Source of the DNA: a bacterium
GTDB taxonomy: Bacteria; CSSED10-310; JAJRTK01
DNA length: 50,096 nt
Direction of reading: 5' to 3'
NCBI GenBank assembly: GCA_024278345.1
Contig: JAJRTK010000512.1
Span: 1-50,096 of the forward strand
Of the stretch, positions 37,377 to 45,646 are shown piece after piece. The position numbers were made by a program, and so were the translations under genes. The notes under the pieces are model-generated. The model ran no database searches and had not been told where the DNA came from. It saw only the letters and a program-made list of their open reading frames with translations. Each line of letters starts with the position of its first letter. The stretch's first letter is position 1.

Positions 37377-38789
37377 ATGTGGTCCAAGCTAAGAAGAGTC
37401 TCGAGTTTGCTCGACGGGCATTCCACTGAGATCGTTACCAAGGCAAGAGACGCCTTTCTTCTCCGTGTGTGTGGAACCGGAATGGCCTTTGTCTTCAGCA
37501 CGTTGATTGCTCGGCGGCTGGGGGCGGATGGGGCAGGTCTCTATTTCCTGTCCCAGACCATCGTTTTTTTGGCCGTTGCTTTGGGGCGAGGCGGTTTGGG
37601 CCATGCGATGCTCAAGTTCATCGCCAACGCTGCCTCTGCCAAAGATTGGGACACCGTCAAGGCAGTATTTGGGAAAGGTCTTTTCTTTTCTAGCCTTTGG
37701 TCCGCAACCATAGGGCTCTTACTTTGGATCCTTGCACGCACTCTTGCAGTGGGAGTTTTCGGCAAGCCTGACCTGGAGACTCCGCTCCGTTGGATGGCTC
37801 TGGCGGTGGTTCCCGGAGTCCTACTGATCATCATCGGGGAGTCCCTCAAGGGGCTCAAGAGGATCAAGAGCGCCATTGCCGTCAACGGCGTTTTAGTGCC
37901 CATGGGCTCTTTGGTGGTTTTCGTGGCTATTGGAGAGAGGTATGGAGTCTTGGGCGCCGCTTTCTCGTTTGTGTCGGCAAACATTGTGGCGGCGCTGGCG
38001 GGTGGATGCCTTTGGCGTTTGGCGACGCCGGATTTGGTCTCGTCTTCCGGTGGGGAATTCGATACTCGGTCTTTCCTTAAGAGTAGCATACATTTATATC
38101 ATATTGTAATTATGGGGCTTTTTCTTACTCGAGCACCGGGGCTCTTTTTGGGGGTCTGGGGCACGAAGGCGGACATCGGAGTCTTTGATATAGCGTTTAG
38201 AACGGCGATGCTCACGAGTTTCGTTCTCAACGCCATGAACAGCATCATTCCCGCCAAGATTGCCGAGCTTTACCAGCGGCGGGACATGGAGCTTCTGGAC
38301 CGGACCATTCGGCGGATGGCGTTCGTGACCGCACTCCTCGCAAGTCCTGCCGTTGCTTTTTTTCTTCTGATGCCCTCAAAGGTGATGGTTTTTTTTGGGC
38401 CGGATTTCGTGAGGGGCGCTCCGGCTCTTGCCATTCTTGCCGTGGGCCAGTTTGTCAACGCGGCTGTCGGTTCCGTCGGTTTCGTTCTCATCATGACTGG
38501 CCGGGAAAAGATTCTGCGGAACATTACCCTTGCCATGATGTTGCTTGTTGTCGCTTTGAGTTTCTTGCTGATCCCCCGGTGGGGCGTTGTTGGTGCCGCT
38601 TGGGCTGGAGCCATCACCGCCGCCGGCCAAAACCTCGTGGCCAGCTTCGTTGTCATGAGGAAATTTGGAATTCGGAGCCTTCCCTGGCCTCGTTTCCTTC
38701 TTCCCTCCAAGGAAGCGCTGGCGGAATCGCTTTGTCCGGTGACTCGGAAAGCGGGCGAACCGGTGAATCCCCCCGGGCGTAAGCGCTAG
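37377..38789 (+). CDS. polysaccharide biosynthesis / oligosaccharide flippase (Wzx-like, MOP superfamily) membrane protein
   Basis: About 470 aa with 12 or more predicted TM helices. The layout is typical of Wzx/polysaccharide biosynthesis proteins. The maximal ORF starts at TTG 37344; I chose ATG 37377. The family call rests on overall topology and composition only. Confidence 0.6.
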   Translation: MWSKLRRVSSLLDGHSTEIVTKARDAFLLRVCGTGMAFVFSTLIARRLGADGAGLYFLSQTIVFLAVALGRGGLGHAMLKFIANAASAKDWDTVKAVFGKGLFFSSLWSATIGLLLWILARTLAVGVFGKPDLETPLRWMALAVVPGVLLIIIGESLKGLKRIKSAIAVNGVLVPMGSLVVFVAIGERYGVLGAAFSFVSANIVAALAGGCLWRLATPDLVSSSGGEFDTRSFLKSSIHLYHIVIMGLFLTRAPGLFLGVWGTKADIGVFDIAFRTAMLTSFVLNAMNSIIPAKIAELYQRRDMELLDRTIRRMAFVTALLASPAVAFFLLMPSKVMVFFGPDFVRGAPALAILAVGQFVNAAVGSVGFVLIMTGREKILRNITLAMMLLVVALSFLLIPRWGVVGAAWAGAITAAGQNLVASFVVMRKFGIRSLPWPRFLLPSKEALAESLCPVTRKAGEPVNPPGRKR

Positions 38790-38888
38790 CGGTGAGGAAG
38801 CGAGCAAAGGCTAGACATTCTCCAGAAAGTGTGGTCGTTTTTGGGGGCGGCTAGACTCAACCCGAATGCCCGAGGAGCGTACGATCCG

Positions 38889-40034
38889 ATGCAGGACGAA
38901 AGTCACCCGACTCAAATAGGTCCTTACGAGGTACGGCAGATCATCGGACGTGGAGCGATGGGCGTTATCTACGAAGCCTACGATCCCGAAGCCGATCAAA
39001 GGCTTGCCATCAAGACTCTGCCCCTGGATGTCATCACCGACAAGTCCCAACTTGACACCCTGGAGATGAACCTGCGGCACGAAGCGAAGATCGCGTCGAA
39101 GCTGATCCATCCCAACATCGTTCAGATTTACGGAGAGGTCCGTTGTGCGGAAGAGGGTGATGTCTTTTTCGTGGTCATGGAGTATGTGGATGGCATCAAC
39201 TTCTCCGTGCGCATGAAGCAAGGCCCTCTGCCCCTCTGGGAGCTTCGCCAGATCATGGTCCAAGTCTGCGATGGTCTCAACTATGCCCACGATCAGCAGG
39301 TGATCCACCGTGATGTCAAGCCGGGGAACATCCTATTGACAAGCGATTTGCAAGCGAAGATCACGGACTTCGGGATCGCCAAGGTGCAACGACGTGCCAC
39401 GACGATTCTCTTCAACCAGACTGGCAAGATGGTGGGCACGCCCTCGTATATGTCCCCGGAGCAGGTCACCGATTCGAAGGTGGATCGCCGCACCGACGTG
39501 TTTTCCCTTGGCTGTATCCTCTATCGAGTATTGACGGGAAAAAAGCCTTTTACGGGCAAGACGATCGTCGATACTCTGGTCAAGATCGTTAGGGAGCCGC
39601 CTCTTCCTCCAAGGCATCATCAGCCGAAGCTCTCGGCAAGCCTGGAGGAGCTTGTCCTCAAGTGTCTCGAAAAGGAAAAAGGCGATCGCTATCAATCGAC
39701 TTTGGAGCTCAGGGAAGATCTCCTGGAACTCTTGCCTCCACCTCCGGAAAACCGCAATCTCTGGTCACCTGAGGGGGAGACCATGGTGGACGACGGTGAT
39801 CTCGTTTCGTCCCAGGTCCACAAGCGCCTCCAGGAAGTGGTAGAGGAAAAGCCAGCGGTTTCCCTGCCGGCCAGCGATCTAGATTGGTGCCTCTACCGCG
39901 CCGAACGCTACGTGGAGCGGCAAACCTTCCTCACCGCTCTCCACGAAGTTCGCAAGGCTCTCGCGTTGGAGCCGCGTCACCCGCGTGCCACAGATTTGCT
40001 TGGGGAGATCTCCGAAGCGCTGGAAGTGCGCTGA
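38889..40034 (+). CDS. Ser/Thr protein kinase (Hanks type) with C-terminal helical/TPR-like tail
   Basis: ATG 38889 with GAGGAG 11 nt upstream. GRGAMGVIYEA, LAIK, HRDVKPGN, DFG and SYMSPE. The C-terminal ~110 aa are helical and end in a TPR-like segment. Confidence 0.85.
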   Translation: MQDESHPTQIGPYEVRQIIGRGAMGVIYEAYDPEADQRLAIKTLPLDVITDKSQLDTLEMNLRHEAKIASKLIHPNIVQIYGEVRCAEEGDVFFVVMEYVDGINFSVRMKQGPLPLWELRQIMVQVCDGLNYAHDQQVIHRDVKPGNILLTSDLQAKITDFGIAKVQRRATTILFNQTGKMVGTPSYMSPEQVTDSKVDRRTDVFSLGCILYRVLTGKKPFTGKTIVDTLVKIVREPPLPPRHHQPKLSASLEELVLKCLEKEKGDRYQSTLELREDLLELLPPPPENRNLWSPEGETMVDDGDLVSSQVHKRLQEVVEEKPAVSLPASDLDWCLYRAERYVERQTFLTALHEVRKALALEPRHPRATDLLGEISEALEVR

Positions 40035-40182
40035 GAGAATTCCCTGGGTCCCTCCTTGGTGGCCCACAACCATGAGAAGGGAACGCGATTCTTGGAAATG
40101 ATGCTTCTGAAGGCGTTCTACGGCTAGATCGTCGGGTCGCCCTGTGGTTTTTTTCGTGAACTCCTGACAAGGAACTGATCCC

Positions 40183-41463
40183 ATGATATATCCTCGCTCT
40201 AATAGCCTTTGGGCAGCCGCTCAGAAGACCCTCGTTGGAGGTGTCAACAGCCCTGTTCGCGCCTTTCGAGCCGTTGGCGGAACTCCGCTTTTTATCCGAC
40301 GGGGCGAAGGTGCGATGATGACGGATGAAGATGGCAACGGCTATACGGACTACGTGGGCTCGTGGGGGCCGCTCATTGCGGGCCACCGGCATCCAAGTGT
40401 CGTCGCGGCATTGGAGGAAGCCCTGGCCAAGGGAACAAGTTTTGGCGCTCCCACGGCCGCGGAAATCACCCTTGCCGAGTTGGTCATCGAGAGAATTCCG
40501 GGTGTGGAACGGGTCCGGTTTGTCAACTCGGGCACCGAAGCGACCATGAGTGCTCTCCGTCTGGCGCGGGCCGCCACCGGCCGGGACCGGATCGTCAAGT
40601 TCGCTGGTTGCTACCACGGCCACAGTGACGGGCTGTTGGTGCGTGCTGGGTCTGGAGCGACAACCTTGGGCACCCCGGACAGCCCGGGAGTCCCGGCTGC
40701 CTGGGCCAAACTGACCTACGTGGCGGACTTCAATGACTTGGCAACTGTCCGAGAGGCTTTTGAAGCGCATCCAGGGGAGATTGCCGCAGTCATCGTCGAG
40801 CCCGTGGCGGGGAACATGGGAGTCGTGCCACCAAAGGATGGCTTCCTCCAAGGCCTTCGCGATCTCTGTGACGAGCAGGGAGCTCTGCTCATCTTCGATG
40901 AGGTGATGACGGGCTTCCGAGTTAAAAGAGGCGGCGCGGCGGAGCGGTTCGGGACCAAGCCTCATCTTTACTGCTTTGGCAAAGTCATTGGCGGAGGCCT
41001 TCCAGTGGGCGCCTACGCAGGTCCAGCCGAATTGATGGACCAGATTTCGCCCAGGGGTCCGGTCTATCAGGCGGGAACCTTGTCGGGTAATCCCCTGGCC
41101 ATGGCGGCGGGGATCGCCACGTTGCGCCTGTTGGACGAAAGTGCTTACGAAACGCTCGAGGAACTGGGGCGGCGCCTGGAAGAGGGGCTTCTTCGGTCCG
41201 CAGCGCCGGGAGCGATTCACGTACAGCGGGTGGGCTCGATGGTGACGCTTTTTTTTCAAGGCGGTCCGGTCCACTCTTACGAAGACGCTCTTAAAAGCGA
41301 CGTGAAGCGGTTTGGCCTTTTCCACGGGGCAATGCTCCAACGGGGGCAATACTTGCCGCCCAGCCAGTTTGAAGCCTGGTTTCTTTCCTTGGCCCATACT
41401 CCAAAACTTGTGGACGACACGATCACCGCCGCCCGTGAATCGCTTGCTATCGCTCTGGCGTAA
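40183..41463 (+). CDS. hemL: glutamate-1-semialdehyde 2,1-aminomutase
   Basis: 426 aa. GGVNSPVRAFRAVGG, YVGSWGPLIAGH, FDEVMTGFR and FGKVIGGGLPVGAY (PLP lysine region) match HemL. Confidence 0.92.
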   Translation: MIYPRSNSLWAAAQKTLVGGVNSPVRAFRAVGGTPLFIRRGEGAMMTDEDGNGYTDYVGSWGPLIAGHRHPSVVAALEEALAKGTSFGAPTAAEITLAELVIERIPGVERVRFVNSGTEATMSALRLARAATGRDRIVKFAGCYHGHSDGLLVRAGSGATTLGTPDSPGVPAAWAKLTYVADFNDLATVREAFEAHPGEIAAVIVEPVAGNMGVVPPKDGFLQGLRDLCDEQGALLIFDEVMTGFRVKRGGAAERFGTKPHLYCFGKVIGGGLPVGAYAGPAELMDQISPRGPVYQAGTLSGNPLAMAAGIATLRLLDESAYETLEELGRRLEEGLLRSAAPGAIHVQRVGSMVTLFFQGGPVHSYEDALKSDVKRFGLFHGAMLQRGQYLPPSQFEAWFLSLAHTPKLVDDTITAARESLAIALA

Positions 41464-41657
41464 GAACCTCGTGACGCTCCTTTTCGTGGGCCAGCACGGC
41501 GCTTTTTCATGCGAAGCTTGTCAAAACGTGTTTGAAATCTACCGCTTGCAGGGTCATAGTAAGGAAGAGAGGAACGAGGGGAGATCATCAAGGAGGGGGT
41601 GGCCTTACTCGAATTCCGCCACAACACACCAGAAGAGTTCCCTTGTCAGGCGATCCC

Positions 41658-42737
41658 ATGAACCGCCGCTGGCTTATCCGTTATCTATGTTACGTTTTAC
41701 GTCATAACCCCAGGGATTTGGGGATCATTCTCGACGAGCGGGGCTGGACCGAGGTGACCCCGCTCATCGAGGGACTACGTCGGCACAAACAGTTCCAGAT
41801 TTCCCTCTCGGAGCTCGAAAGGCTTGTCCAGCACGATCACCAGAGCCGCTACAGCCTCTGCGATGACCGTATCCGCGCCAACAGTGGCCACACGCTTCCC
41901 GAGGTGCGCCTGGTCTTTGAAAAAACCGAACCGCCTCAGCTCCTCTATTACGGTATCGCAAAAAGCCGGCTCCATTGCTACATCGAGGCAGGTGCCCTGA
42001 CTCCCGACGATCCGGAGCGGTATGTCACCCTCTGCGCTTCGGCCGGCGAGGCGGACTGCAAGAGCCACTGTTCCTCCGACGAACAGCCCCACATCATCGT
42101 CATCGAAGCCGCGAAGGCTGCCCAAAAGGGAGTCCCCTTCTTCAAAAGCGAAATCGGAGAATACCTCTGCGAAAGCGTCCCGGCGGAGTTCTTCCTCGAT
42201 CAGCGGCCGGACTTCCGATTCCAGGTCTCCGCGGGAGGCGTCGTCGTTCGGGATTTCAATGCCAACTATGACGCAGCGATCATGCGTACCAGAACACCTT
42301 GGGAACTCCCCAAGGGCAAGCTCCAGAAGGGGGAACGTGGGTGGGAAGCCGCGCGGCGCGAAGTCCAAGAAGAGCTTGGGCTCACCGGCAGCATCCGAGT
42401 CGGGCAGCGTCTCGATCGTGTCCTCTACTTCTTCCGGAACCACTGTGGTCAGCCACGGCTCAAAACCGTGCTCCTCTTCCTCATCCATTACCAGGGCTCC
42501 ATGGAGCTCCGGCCGCGGAAAAAGGAAGGTGTCCTTGCCGCGGAATGGGTCAGCTTCGAAGAAGCCCAAACCAGGCTTCTTTACTCAGGAGGCCGCTATC
42601 TGCGGGCCCTGGAAACCGCCCAATGGCTGCTTCGAAAACACTGCTGGTCCAAGCTGAATCCAAGCGGTGAGAGGCCGAGGGGCAACGACCGCCCACAGGC
42701 CGAGGCTCTGCGGAAACCTCCCTGTTCCGATTCCTAG
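41658..42737 (+). CDS. RNA 2'-phosphotransferase (Tpt1/KptA) fused to a Nudix hydrolase domain
   Basis: ATG 41658; the maximal ORF starts at TTG 41532. The N-terminal ~185 aa align with E. coli KptA from memory (YVLRHNP, ILDERGW, RIRANSGHT, PPQLLYYG, ERYVTL, GVPFF). The C-terminal part carries a canonical Nudix box, GKLQKGERGWEAARREVQEELGL. Confidence 0.8.
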   Translation: MNRRWLIRYLCYVLRHNPRDLGIILDERGWTEVTPLIEGLRRHKQFQISLSELERLVQHDHQSRYSLCDDRIRANSGHTLPEVRLVFEKTEPPQLLYYGIAKSRLHCYIEAGALTPDDPERYVTLCASAGEADCKSHCSSDEQPHIIVIEAAKAAQKGVPFFKSEIGEYLCESVPAEFFLDQRPDFRFQVSAGGVVVRDFNANYDAAIMRTRTPWELPKGKLQKGERGWEAARREVQEELGLTGSIRVGQRLDRVLYFFRNHCGQPRLKTVLLFLIHYQGSMELRPRKKEGVLAAEWVSFEEAQTRLLYSGGRYLRALETAQWLLRKHCWSKLNPSGERPRGNDRPQAEALRKPPCSDS

Positions 42738-42830
42738 CCAACACCTTCCTTCCGGCGGTGGAACTTCGGTATCTGGCAAGTGTTCCGGAATTGGCCCACG
42801 CGAACCAGCGGCCCACGGGGGCGGAAGACA

Positions 42831-43535
42831 ATGACCAAGAATGAGGTTCATCCCATGAACGAGCAGATCTACTTTCGGCAGATACCGGCCGGACCCATGG
42901 CCAACTACGTCTATCTCTTGGGCGATCATTCCAAGCGCGAGGCATTCATCGTGGATCCCGCCTGGGATGTCGCGGGACTTCTGGACCTCCTTGACAAAGA
43001 TGGGATACGGCTGGCGGGCGTCCTGGCAACCCATTACCATCCAGATCACGTGGGAGGCTCCATCTTCGGCATGAGCATCGAAGGACTAAGCCGCTTGATG
43101 GAGCTCCGGCCCGTGCCCGTTCATGTCAATCGGCACGAAGCGGATGGCCTCAAGCAGGTCACGGGCCTCGAAGAATCGGACCTGGTTCGCCACGACGGTG
43201 GTGATCTGCTCAAAGTCGGCGACGTGCCCATCGAGCTATTGCACACGCCGGGCCATACCCCTGGAAGCCAGTGCTTTTTGGTCGATGATCGCTTGGTGTC
43301 GGGCGATACGCTCTTCATCCAGGGCTGCGGTCGCGTCGATCTCCCGGGGGCCGACCCCGAAGAGATGTACTACACGCTGACCCGAAGGCTTGCCAAAGTG
43401 CCCGATCACGTGGAACTCTACCCTGGCCATAACTATGCCGCGGACATAAAATCTACACTTGGCAAAGAGCGGAAGACGAACCCGTACCTCCAGATTTCCT
43501 CTTTGGAGGATTGGCTCCGGACGATGGGCCACTGA
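42831..43535 (+). CDS. MBL-fold metallo-hydrolase (glyoxalase II / persulfide dioxygenase-like)
   Basis: HYHPDHVGG (HxHxDH), HTPGHTPGS and GDTLFIQGCGRVDLPG. The start is ATG 42831 or ATG 42855. Confidence 0.8.
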   Translation: MTKNEVHPMNEQIYFRQIPAGPMANYVYLLGDHSKREAFIVDPAWDVAGLLDLLDKDGIRLAGVLATHYHPDHVGGSIFGMSIEGLSRLMELRPVPVHVNRHEADGLKQVTGLEESDLVRHDGGDLLKVGDVPIELLHTPGHTPGSQCFLVDDRLVSGDTLFIQGCGRVDLPGADPEEMYYTLTRRLAKVPDHVELYPGHNYAADIKSTLGKERKTNPYLQISSLEDWLRTMGH

Positions 43536-43595
43536 GCTCCGCCCTTCATCGTGGTCCGTCAATGGCGGAACCGGACTGAAACGCTTTTTTGTCTT

Positions 43596-43653
43596 GGGTT
43601 GAGTTCCGCTCCCATCGCTCGCGTCCGCTGCGCGCTGTGCGCCTTGTTTCGCC
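43596..43653 (-). repeat. dispersed intergenic repeat, copy C
   Basis: The reverse complement reads GGCGAAACAAGGCGCACAGCGCGCAGCGGACGCGAGCGATGGGAGCGGAACTCAACCC. It lies between convergent genes, the MBL stop at 43535 and the sensor stop at 43710. Confidence 0.65.
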
Positions 43654-43709
43654 CAGCGAAAGAGCTTCACCCCGAAGGATAGCCCGCTGTTGAGTTTCAG
43701 GGCGTTTGG

Positions 43710-44864
43710 TCATTTGCCCGGAATCTTCTTGGATCCCCTCTCTTGGGTTCGCTGTGATTGGGAAGGACCCTCCGCCGGTTCAGGTTTTTCTGGCTTCTTT
43801 GGAGGCTCAATATTAATGAGGGTGACAAAGGTCCCAAGAAGGCCGCCACGGCTGTCGCGCATCGGTTCCTGGGTCAGGCGGAATTTGCCATCGGTGAGCT
43901 CGATATCTGCGCGGATACGCTTGCCTTCCCGTAGCAGAGTCACAATCGCTCCAAGGTCCCGGCGCCAACCTGCGGAAAGGAGCATGACACGACCGGAGGC
44001 ATTGGTCAGGAGGACCTCCCGTCTGAGGTCGAAAATGATGGCAGGTCCATCGTAAAGCTCGAGAAGCGCCCGAGCGATCTGGGCTTTGTCCGCGCAGAGA
44101 GCTTCGTGGCGGTCGATTGTCTGCTGGAATTGCTCCAGCATGCGGTTGATCTCTGCGGCGACATCCCCGAATTCGTTCCGTTCGTGGCTGGGAAGCCTGA
44201 GATAGGCTTCGCCCTGAGCCAGTCGATGGAGGTGGTGGAGCAGGTTGGCAAAGGGCCGCATCAGAGAGTGGGAAAGAAGCCTGTAGTAACCATACACGGC
44301 CAGCAATCCACAGACTAGAAGGACGGAGAGCCACTGAACGCCCCGTTTTGCCAGTGCCTTGATGCGGCTTTGTCCCTCGTGGAGAGCCAGCTCATTGATT
44401 TTGAGGAGCTGCTGGGTGGCGTCCTGGAGTGTCCGGAGCTGCGGAAGAACCCGAATCTGATAGTGCTCGATGGTGGGCGGCGGCTCGATCTCGAGGTCAG
44501 GGCCGCTCCAACTGACAAAGTTCCGGAATTCCTCTGCCATGTTGCTAAGGATTTCCGCTTCCCCGGGAAGAGAAGAATGGCTCCGGGCTCTTTCCAGGTG
44601 GCTGGAGAAGGCATTGGCGAGTTGTTTGAAACGGCTGGTATCGATGGCGTCCCTTGCCAGGAGCCTTGCCATGTAGAGCCCGTTGAGCTGAGTCAAGTCC
44701 TGCTCCATGGTACGGGCAGCCTGGATGGACATGTAGTTTTGCTCGATGACGCCACTGATGGCGCTGCCCAGGTCGTGGATTCTCCATATCGCGGTCGTCG
44801 CGCTCAAGAGCATGATGATGGCCAGAACGATGAATCCGGCGAAGATCGACTCGGTTGCTCGCAT
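43710..44864 (-). CDS. membrane sensor protein: four-helix-bundle periplasmic domain - TM - HAMP - PAS-like domain, with no recognisable output domain
   Basis: 384 aa. ATG 44864 has AAGGA upstream and lies 8 nt after the trkA stop. TM1 (IFAGFIVLAIIMLLSATTAIW), a ~150-aa helical periplasmic part, then TM2. HAMP-like segment LMRPFANLLHHLHRLAQGEAYLRLP..EFGDVAAEINRMLEQF, then a ~100-aa PAS-like region and a Pro/Lys-rich tail. No His kinase, GGDEF or MCP signalling motifs. Confidence 0.6.
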   Translation of the reverse strand: MRATESIFAGFIVLAIIMLLSATTAIWRIHDLGSAISGVIEQNYMSIQAARTMEQDLTQLNGLYMARLLARDAIDTSRFKQLANAFSSHLERARSHSSLPGEAEILSNMAEEFRNFVSWSGPDLEIEPPPTIEHYQIRVLPQLRTLQDATQQLLKINELALHEGQSRIKALAKRGVQWLSVLLVCGLLAVYGYYRLLSHSLMRPFANLLHHLHRLAQGEAYLRLPSHERNEFGDVAAEINRMLEQFQQTIDRHEALCADKAQIARALLELYDGPAIIFDLRREVLLTNASGRVMLLSAGWRRDLGAIVTLLREGKRIRADIELTDGKFRLTQEPMRDSRGGLLGTFVTLINIEPPKKPEKPEPAEGPSQSQRTQERGSKKIPGK

Positions 44865-44872
44865 ATCCGTCC

Positions 44873-45562
44873 TTAGTCCAGGTTGCTCATCCGAGCGACA
44901 TCGTCCGGAGAGCCCAGTAAAAGCAGAATATCGTCAGAAGTGAACTGGTCGTTGAGCCTCGGGATGGTGAGCTCCAGTTGGCGCTTCGTTTTGTGCCGGC
45001 TTCCAGAACTTGGCTGGCGTCGGATGGCCAAGATCAACACGCCGTAGCGGCGGCGGATATCGAGCTCCAGGATCGTCTTTCCCACAAAACTGGCGGGGAT
45101 ACTGACTTCGCCGATGACAACGTCGTCGGAAAGTGACTGGAGATCGAGGATCCCCGGCCGGACGATCCGGCCCGCCAGGCGATCCGCGGCTTCTTGTTCG
45201 GGATTGATGACTTCGTGAGCGCCGATGATCCGCAGAATTCGGCCGTGAAGCGGTGTTGTGGAACGGGCGATGATGCGGGGAACTCCAAGCTGCTTGAGAA
45301 GAGCCGTGGTCAAGATGCTGGATTCCACACTGTGGGTTCCCATGGCGACCACGACAGTACTCATTTCCGGTATCCCGACGTTGGCCAGGGCCGCCTCGTC
45401 GGTGGAATCCATACAAACCGTTCTGTCCACAAAAGAGCTCACCTGCTCCACGTGCTCCATGTTGTTGTCGATGGCGAGCACGGGCCACTTGTCCGTGGCA
45501 AGTGAGAACGCCAATGCGCGGCCGAAACGGCCCAAGCCAATAATGGCGACTTTTCCGAGCAC
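44873..45562 (-). CDS. trkA: Trk/Ktr potassium uptake system NAD-binding peripheral subunit (TrkA/KtrA, one RCK N-C pair)
   Basis: 229 aa. GTG 45562 with AAGGAAGG 7 nt upstream. Rossmann motif VAIIGLGRFGRALA followed by a TrkA-C-like C-terminal half. Confidence 0.85.
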   Translation of the reverse strand: MLGKVAIIGLGRFGRALAFSLATDKWPVLAIDNNMEHVEQVSSFVDRTVCMDSTDEAALANVGIPEMSTVVVAMGTHSVESSILTTALLKQLGVPRIIARSTTPLHGRILRIIGAHEVINPEQEAADRLAGRIVRPGILDLQSLSDDVVIGEVSIPASFVGKTILELDIRRRYGVLILAIRRQPSSGSRHKTKRQLELTIPRLNDQFTSDDILLLLGSPDDVARMSNLD

Positions 45563-45646
45563 CTCATACCTTCCTTGTTCTACGGCTCCACCGGTGCTTG
45601 CAGGTGCGTCGGCGTGCCCTTTTTTTCGGAGCCACAGGGAGCAAAA

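Noticed and set aside
35490-38789. sat/cysC adjacent to a Wzx-like flippase as a sulfated-polysaccharide locus
   Set aside because: No sulfotransferase or glycosyltransferase genes are present in the window. The adjacency alone is insufficient evidence.
39931-41397. 488-aa ORF on the minus strand
   Set aside because: It is antisense to hemL, whose identity is unambiguous. The translation is Arg/Pro/Gly-rich without motifs.
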